Assembly: GCA_900754175.1 (NCBI GenBank)
Contig: CAAEBS010000146.1
Coordinates: 1 to 56,728, forward strand
From: Clostridia bacterium
GTDB taxonomy: Bacteria > Bacillota > Clostridia > Oscillospirales > CAG-272
Direction of reading: 5' to 3'
Length of the DNA stretch: 56,728 nt
This document shows, one piece after another, positions 51,851 through 56,728 of this stretch. The notes below the pieces were generated by a model. That model was given only the letters and a program-made list of their open reading frames with translations, did no database searches and had not been told where the DNA came from. Position 1 is the first letter of the stretch. The number at the start of each line of letters is the position of its first letter. Position numbers and translations under genes: made by a program.

Positions 51851-52765
51851 TCAAAGCGCTGTCTGCGTGTCGTTCTCGTCCCCGTTGCGGGCAAGATCGT
51901 ATTCATGCGACCAGTCCAGCTCACGGTAGTTCTTGCCCCGCTCGTCTTTCTGGATCCAGTCGGTCAGCATATCCAGCATTTCCACCGTCCAGGTGTTGCG
52001 GTCGATCTGCGCCGTGGTGAATTTGTTCTGGGCGATCATTTCAAAGCCGAAATCGTCCTTGACGTGGGTCTTTGCCGCACCATCCACAACCTCCGCCACC
52101 AGGTGACTGGGGATAAACAGAACTCCGCCGCCGGCACCGAACACGATATCGCCCGGCAGGCACACGGCGCCGCCGAAGCTGGTGACCGTATTGAAGCCGG
52201 TCATGATGAATTCCCGGATCGGCGTGGGGTCGATGCCACGGTAATAAACCTGAACGTCTGGAATCTTTTTCATCTGCTCCACGTCCCGGATGCCGCCCCA
52301 GATGACGGCGCCGCCGGTCTTGGTGCGGGTGCGGATCGCCGTGGTAAGGTTTCCGCCGAGGAAGGTGCCCTTGTATATCTTGTCATACATATCGGCAACC
52401 ACAACGTCGCCCTCCACCAGAGAGTCGATGACCCACTGGTTGTAGTTTCCCTTTCTTCCCTCCTCTGCGCCCTTGGCAAACATGGTGTCGTGCAGGTCGG
52501 GGCGGGTGGGACAGAAATTGCAGGTAACCGCTCTGCCGATCAGCTTTCTGCCGTCGTCGTGCAGAACGTTCAGCGGATTCACCCCGCCGCCCACAAACTG
52601 GTTGGTGTAGCCCTTGACGAAAATGGGTTTCCAGACCTCCTCCAGCGTCATTTTGTGAAGCTCTTTCAGGTATTTGTCCGCCACGTACGGTCTGCCGTCG
52701 TCCATGCGCTCTCCCGTCCAGAGAGGGGTAAGTGCTATGATCTCTTCTTTGCTGTTGAAATTCAT
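51851..52765 (-). CDS. RraA/HMG-aldolase family protein
   Basis: 304 aa from ATG 52765 (GGAGGT 7 nt upstream). FLGGNLTTAIRTRTKTGGAVIWGGIRDVEQ resembles the RraA-family G-x-x-RD core. Confidence 0.72.
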   Translation of the reverse strand: MNFNSKEEIIALTPLWTGERMDDGRPYVADKYLKELHKMTLEEVWKPIFVKGYTNQFVGGGVNPLNVLHDDGRKLIGRAVTCNFCPTRPDLHDTMFAKGAEEGRKGNYNQWVIDSLVEGDVVVADMYDKIYKGTFLGGNLTTAIRTRTKTGGAVIWGGIRDVEQMKKIPDVQVYYRGIDPTPIREFIMTGFNTVTSFGGAVCLPGDIVFGAGGGVLFIPSHLVAEVVDGAAKTHVKDDFGFEMIAQNKFTTAQIDRNTWTVEMLDMLTDWIQKDERGKNYRELDWSHEYDLARNGDENDTQTAL

Positions 52766-52813
52766 TTTCATACCTCCGTTATTTTAAAATCACACCGGTC
52801 CTGCCGGTAAAAT

Positions 52814-54172
52814 TCAAAGAACACGCCGCACATTTTCATAGCATACGGCTCTCACGACCGGCGCAAGCGCCTCAAAGGAATCCGGCAACTCGTCCCGGGC
52901 AGCCTTTTCGCCCATCCATTTGCACAGCACACGGCGGAAATACTCGTGGCGGACAAAGGACAGCACGCTTCTGGAGTCGGTCGTCATGCCGATGAAAGCC
53001 GAGAGCACGCCGTATGCGGAAACACTTTCAAACACCTCGGTCATTCCCGTCAGGTGGTCGCACCACCACCACGCCGGTCCCTGCCCGATCAGTCCGGTCA
53101 TGCCGTCCTTGGCGTAAGAGCCGGACAGAATGGACACGGCGCTGTTGTCGGCAGGATTAAGGGTCATCAGAACCGTTTTCGGCAGTCCGGCAGGCGCCTG
53201 CTCCATATCGTCCAAAAGAGAGGTGAGCGACCTGACGTCCATGCAGTTGCCGATCGACGCAAAGCCTCCCGCCGCTCCCGCAAGCTCCCGCAGGCGGGTG
53301 CTGGTCGTCCGCTGAGCGCCGATGTGAAGCTGAAGCGTGAATTTCCGGCTTGCGTATTCCCCACCGAGCATCCGCAGATTCTGGGAGCGCAGGGCGTTCC
53401 GGTCGGCTTCTCCCAGCACCTCGCCCGCCAGCAGTCCGGCAAAGCGGCGGGTATTTTCTCCGTCATCGGACAGATAGCGGAAACCGTTGTCAAGAGCGTG
53501 GTCGGTAAAGCGGCATCCCACCGCCGCAAAGGCGTCCAGCCGCTGTGCCACCGCCTGCCGGTAATCCTCCAGCGTGGCAATCCGGATCCCGGTGTTCTTC
53601 TCCAGCGCCGAAAGCGTGCTCCGGTCGGGCAACAGCAGATCGTCTCCCCGCAGAGAGGGCGCCACCGTCAGCCCGTCCTTTTTTCCGGTCCACGTAAGCG
53701 AATCGTTGAGCGCCGCACAGGGCGCAATGTATTCCGCCCGGAATCCTCTCAGCAGAGAAAGCATGGAATACGCCCGGTCGCCGATCACGGCGTTGGCACG
53801 ATCCCATATGCTCTGCGCATTGGCGTCACACGGAAGCTCCTCGATCCCGAACACCCGGGAAAGCTCCATTACCGACCAGTGATAGAGCGGATTTCCGACC
53901 AGCATCGGGAAAATATGACACCACGCAAAGAATTTTTCCTTGGCGCTTCCCTCTCCCGTAATCAGCCTTTCCGGCACGCCGCAGATCCGCATTGCCCGGT
54001 GCTTGTACGGGTCGGGCTTCAGCCAGAGCTCGTAGATATTTTCGCAGATTCTGTCCGACGCAAGGTCGGCAACGCTGAGGTGATTGTGATAGTCGATCAC
54101 CGGAAGCTCTTCCGCCACCTCATGATACAGTCTGCGGGCAAGCGGGGTTGTCAGCAAAAAATCTTCTTTCAT
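52814..54172 (-). CDS. uxaC: Glucuronate isomerase
   Basis: 452 aa. FLLTTPLARRLYHEVAEELPVIDYHNHL is the classic UxaC N-terminus. Confidence 0.9.
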   Translation of the reverse strand: MKEDFLLTTPLARRLYHEVAEELPVIDYHNHLSVADLASDRICENIYELWLKPDPYKHRAMRICGVPERLITGEGSAKEKFFAWCHIFPMLVGNPLYHWSVMELSRVFGIEELPCDANAQSIWDRANAVIGDRAYSMLSLLRGFRAEYIAPCAALNDSLTWTGKKDGLTVAPSLRGDDLLLPDRSTLSALEKNTGIRIATLEDYRQAVAQRLDAFAAVGCRFTDHALDNGFRYLSDDGENTRRFAGLLAGEVLGEADRNALRSQNLRMLGGEYASRKFTLQLHIGAQRTTSTRLRELAGAAGGFASIGNCMDVRSLTSLLDDMEQAPAGLPKTVLMTLNPADNSAVSILSGSYAKDGMTGLIGQGPAWWWCDHLTGMTEVFESVSAYGVLSAFIGMTTDSRSVLSFVRHEYFRRVLCKWMGEKAARDELPDSFEALAPVVRAVCYENVRRVL

Positions 54173-54182
54173 AAATCCTCCA

Positions 54183-55685
54183 TCATTTCCGAATCAGTTC
54201 GCACAGCACGACCGAGTTATCGGTCATTGCAAACGACACCTCAGAGTTGTCTCTGCCGACGTCCGGTGCGTCGGTCCCGTACAGTTCTCCCGCACGGCGA
54301 AGCTCTGCAATCTGCGCTTCGTCGGGGTGCTCCGGCGCCCCCAGCTCCTCGTACCGTTGAATGGCGTTGGCGTGGGTACGATCGATCACCCACAGGCGCA
54401 CACGGTATTCCGCATCCAGCCCGTCAAAGGTGAGTTTTACCGGAACGCTCCCCCATGCGCTGTCAAAATGCTCGGCGGCGCAGGAAAGCAGGATCGCTTT
54501 GTTTCCGTCGGCAAAGCCGGTGGACAGAGCGCTCAGGTCGGGGCACTCCCCGTCGGTACGGTAAGAAAGCCGGATATCTCCCAGCTTTGCCGCCAGCGAA
54601 AATGCATTGTAAATCGGCTTGCGGAAAAAGTTCAGGGTGAAAAAGTTGCGGAATCCCGAAAAGTCGGTGACCATTTCGTGCTGTCCCGAAAGGCATATCA
54701 TCATCTTTTCGATCGGGATTCTTTTCTCGTCGAAAAGGGTGATCATCTTGGCGAAATATGCCGAAAACACTTCGTTTTCCCGGCAGATCAGATCCGGGCA
54801 CTCCTCGGTATTGGCAAAGCCGTGACTGCACATTCCCCACTCGTCCATGATAAGCGGCAGATCCGAAAAGCCGTATTTCTTCACAAGGTCGCAGATCCTG
54901 TCGATCCGCTCCAGGTGATTGGCGGCGGAAATTCTCCCGGTCTTAGCCTGAAGCTCCTTGAGCTGAACCCCGTAGTCGTGGAAAGAGATGAAGTCAAGCT
55001 TCTTGCCGCTCTTCCGGATATATGCCAGAAACAGCTCCAGAAAATCAATATGTTTTGCCAGCGCCGGTCCGCCGATGCAGAGCTTCTCGCTCACCGCACG
55101 CAGTCCCGCCTCAAAGCCGTCGTAAAGCCGGCAGTATTCCGCACACCGCACGTTGACGTCGGGCTCATCCTTCATCCAGAAGGATTTGATGTCCGGCTCG
55201 TTCCAGCACTGCAAGCGCCAGGAAGCCACCGTGTCCTCACCGTAACGGCTGACAAGATGCGCCGTGTATTCGTAGCACAAAGTCTCCCACAGCTTGTAAT
55301 CCTTTGGGGGTGAGGTTACGATCATTTTTCCCTTGTAGCGCTTTTTGTTCTTGCTCATGGAGCTGGTCTCCGATGCGTTCTGCGCCATGAAAGGCGGCAC
55401 AAAAGCGTAGGAGATCATCGGGGTAAAGCCGTGGGCAAGCAGGTAATCAATGCGGTAGTCGTTGAGCGTGTAGTCATACGCCAGCTGACCGTCCTCGCCC
55501 AGCGTCACAATATCCTCGAACATATTGTAAATCCGCACGGTTTTTGCCGCACGGTCCTCTGCGATCTGATTAAGAATTTTCTGTCCCCAGTCGTCCTCAA
55601 TGGCGTCCGTGGGATGAAAGACGATGTGATTCCAGAAATTCCGGATTTCACCGTCGGTCCGATTGGTATAAACGGTTACGTTCAT
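54183..55685 (-). CDS. Glycoside hydrolase family 39-like (beta-xylosidase type)
   Basis: 500 aa. PPKDYKLWETLCYEYTAHLVSRYGEDTVASWRLQCWNEPD has the GH39 acid/base WNEP context. Confidence 0.78.
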   Translation of the reverse strand: MNVTVYTNRTDGEIRNFWNHIVFHPTDAIEDDWGQKILNQIAEDRAAKTVRIYNMFEDIVTLGEDGQLAYDYTLNDYRIDYLLAHGFTPMISYAFVPPFMAQNASETSSMSKNKKRYKGKMIVTSPPKDYKLWETLCYEYTAHLVSRYGEDTVASWRLQCWNEPDIKSFWMKDEPDVNVRCAEYCRLYDGFEAGLRAVSEKLCIGGPALAKHIDFLELFLAYIRKSGKKLDFISFHDYGVQLKELQAKTGRISAANHLERIDRICDLVKKYGFSDLPLIMDEWGMCSHGFANTEECPDLICRENEVFSAYFAKMITLFDEKRIPIEKMMICLSGQHEMVTDFSGFRNFFTLNFFRKPIYNAFSLAAKLGDIRLSYRTDGECPDLSALSTGFADGNKAILLSCAAEHFDSAWGSVPVKLTFDGLDAEYRVRLWVIDRTHANAIQRYEELGAPEHPDEAQIAELRRAGELYGTDAPDVGRDNSEVSFAMTDNSVVLCELIRK

Positions 55686-55757
55686 TCGTTTTTCCCTTTC
55701 TGATAAAAGTGTTGTTTCTTATCTTTGCACATTTCTTTGCAGATTCCGGAAAAACGG

Positions 55758-55786
55758 TTGATTTTCTGCCGGATTTGTGATAAAAT
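55758..55786 (+). promoter_or_regulatory. Possible promoter of the second AraC-family gene
   Basis: TTGATT (55758..55763), 17 nt, TAAAAT (55781..55786), preceded by TGtGa. Confidence 0.4.
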
Positions 55787-55914
55787 GTACTGTACTGCAT
55801 ACCGAATTCCGTGACATATTCGGCACTTAGTATTATCATACATCTCTCTTTGTCCAAAATCAATATCAAAAGCATACTCATTTATGCGATATTTTTACAT
55901 AAAGGAGCCACCGT

Positions 55915-56712
55915 ATGGAAACAGAATCCGCACTGGAAGAAAAAATGTATCCGCACATCGCTATCATCCGGCTTTACAACTCCCGTGGAAAGGTAAGACC
56001 GCCTTTCCGTATCGCCGGTTATTTTGAGATCGGCGTTTATCTGGAGGACAGCGGCACGCTTACGGTGGACGGCAAGTCCTATCCGCTTCACGCCGGCGAC
56101 GTCCGCTTTATCCGCCCCGGGATGAAGATCTCCAGCAGTCAGGATTTTTCCTGCTACTCCTGCTATTTTTCCTTCGGGTCGCAGAACACCGACTACGACC
56201 CGCACATCGTCGGCGCTATCCCGCCGCTTCTGCACTACGGTCCGCAGGCGGTGGAGGAAATCCGGAACATCATGGAGCTTTTCTATTCCACCGAGCCCGG
56301 AAGCAAGCTGAAAATGAACGCTCTGCTTCTCAAAATGCTCTCCGACGTCTACACTCTGTCGGTAGGCAAAACCGCTATTCCCGCCGCCGTAAGACTCTGC
56401 ATTGATTATCTGGAGGAGAACTACGGCGAGCACATCACGCTTGAAACGCTCGGCAAGCTCAGCGGGTACGTTCCTCTGCATATTCTCCGGCTCTTCCGGG
56501 AATCCACCGGGCAGACGCCGCACGAATATCTGTGCAGCTACCGCCTGCTCCAGGCAAAAAAAATGCTCTGCACCACCTACGATTCCATTAACGACATAGC
56601 GCTTGCGTGCGGTTTCCACTCGGCGTCCCACTTTCAGAAGCTCTTTCAGAAGCGCTTCGGGATCACGCCCAACCGTTTCCGCAAAACCACGGCACCTCTT
56701 GAGTTGTGGTAG
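55915..56712 (+). CDS. AraC-family transcriptional regulator
   Basis: 265 aa. Cupin-like N-terminus and C-terminal LGKLSGYVPLHILRLFRESTGQTPHEYLCSYRLLQAKKML...CGFHSASHFQKLFQKRFGITPNRFRK. RBS AAAGGAG. Confidence 0.9.
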   Translation: METESALEEKMYPHIAIIRLYNSRGKVRPPFRIAGYFEIGVYLEDSGTLTVDGKSYPLHAGDVRFIRPGMKISSSQDFSCYSCYFSFGSQNTDYDPHIVGAIPPLLHYGPQAVEEIRNIMELFYSTEPGSKLKMNALLLKMLSDVYTLSVGKTAIPAAVRLCIDYLEENYGEHITLETLGKLSGYVPLHILRLFRESTGQTPHEYLCSYRLLQAKKMLCTTYDSINDIALACGFHSASHFQKLFQKRFGITPNRFRKTTAPLELW

Positions 56713-56728
56713 GGATATGGTGGGAAGA

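Noticed and set aside
50079-55313. Plus-strand ORFs 50079..50918, 50933..52810 (625 aa), 52946..54433 (495 aa), 54327..55313
   Set aside because: Antisense to uxuA, the SDR, the RraA-like gene, uxaC and GH39, which carry clear family signatures. The translations are Arg/Gly/His-rich and motif-free.
1-56728. tRNA, rRNA, CRISPR arrays, transposases/IS elements
   Set aside because: No cloverleaf-like or rRNA-like stretches, no regularly spaced direct repeats, and no transposase or integrase motifs were noticed on either strand. This is a by-eye assessment only.

Overview
About 56.7 kb of a Clostridia-like chromosome. The taxon is inferred from AAGGAGG-type RBSs, TTGACA-N17-TATAAT promoters, lipobox lipoproteins and gene content. 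All family calls come from motif recognition by eye, not from searches. No rRNA, tRNA, CRISPR array, integrase or transposase was recognised. The window has three parts. (1) 1-11 kb: a 2205-aa Sec-signal RHS/YD-repeat polymorphic toxin with a visibly AT-richer DUF4329/JAB-like tip, followed 3 nt later by an LRR lipoprotein gene. Then come a Na/Pi cotransporter and an RNase III paralogue with two dsRBDs coupled to an XRE regulator. (2) 11-36 kb: an accessory, compositionally mosaic region. It holds an operon of a catalytically degenerate DnaG-core protein, a 1629-aa exonuclease-RecQ-UvrD fusion and RecQ. It also holds a tightly overlapping seven-gene operon: HTH, NTP_transf_5 nucleotidyltransferase, thymidylate-kinase-like kinase, acyl carrier protein, unknown 334-aa protein, adenylate-forming ligase, CYTH. 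I consider this operon the best candidate for an undescribed system. The region further contains a LexA-like repressor with a Zn-ribbon ORF, LRR lipoprotein paralogues, and scattered lysis-type genes. These are a DUF1906 hydrolase with a Cys-rich 5xBig_2 protein, a GH25 muramidase remnant, and XhlA-holin joined operonically to a membrane-anchored metallophosphoesterase and an AspT/YidE-type transporter. Three of these operons share one operator/promoter module (GACAGC-N-GTTnTCC, 11 nt, TAwAAT). (3) 36-56.7 kb: a carbohydrate island. It contains a PHP/SGNH-like giant protein, GH127, an EEP lipoprotein, an orphan SBP, two paralogous secreted beta-helix-like proteins, an M55 peptidase, AraC regulators, uxuA/SDR/RraA-like/uxaC and GH39.
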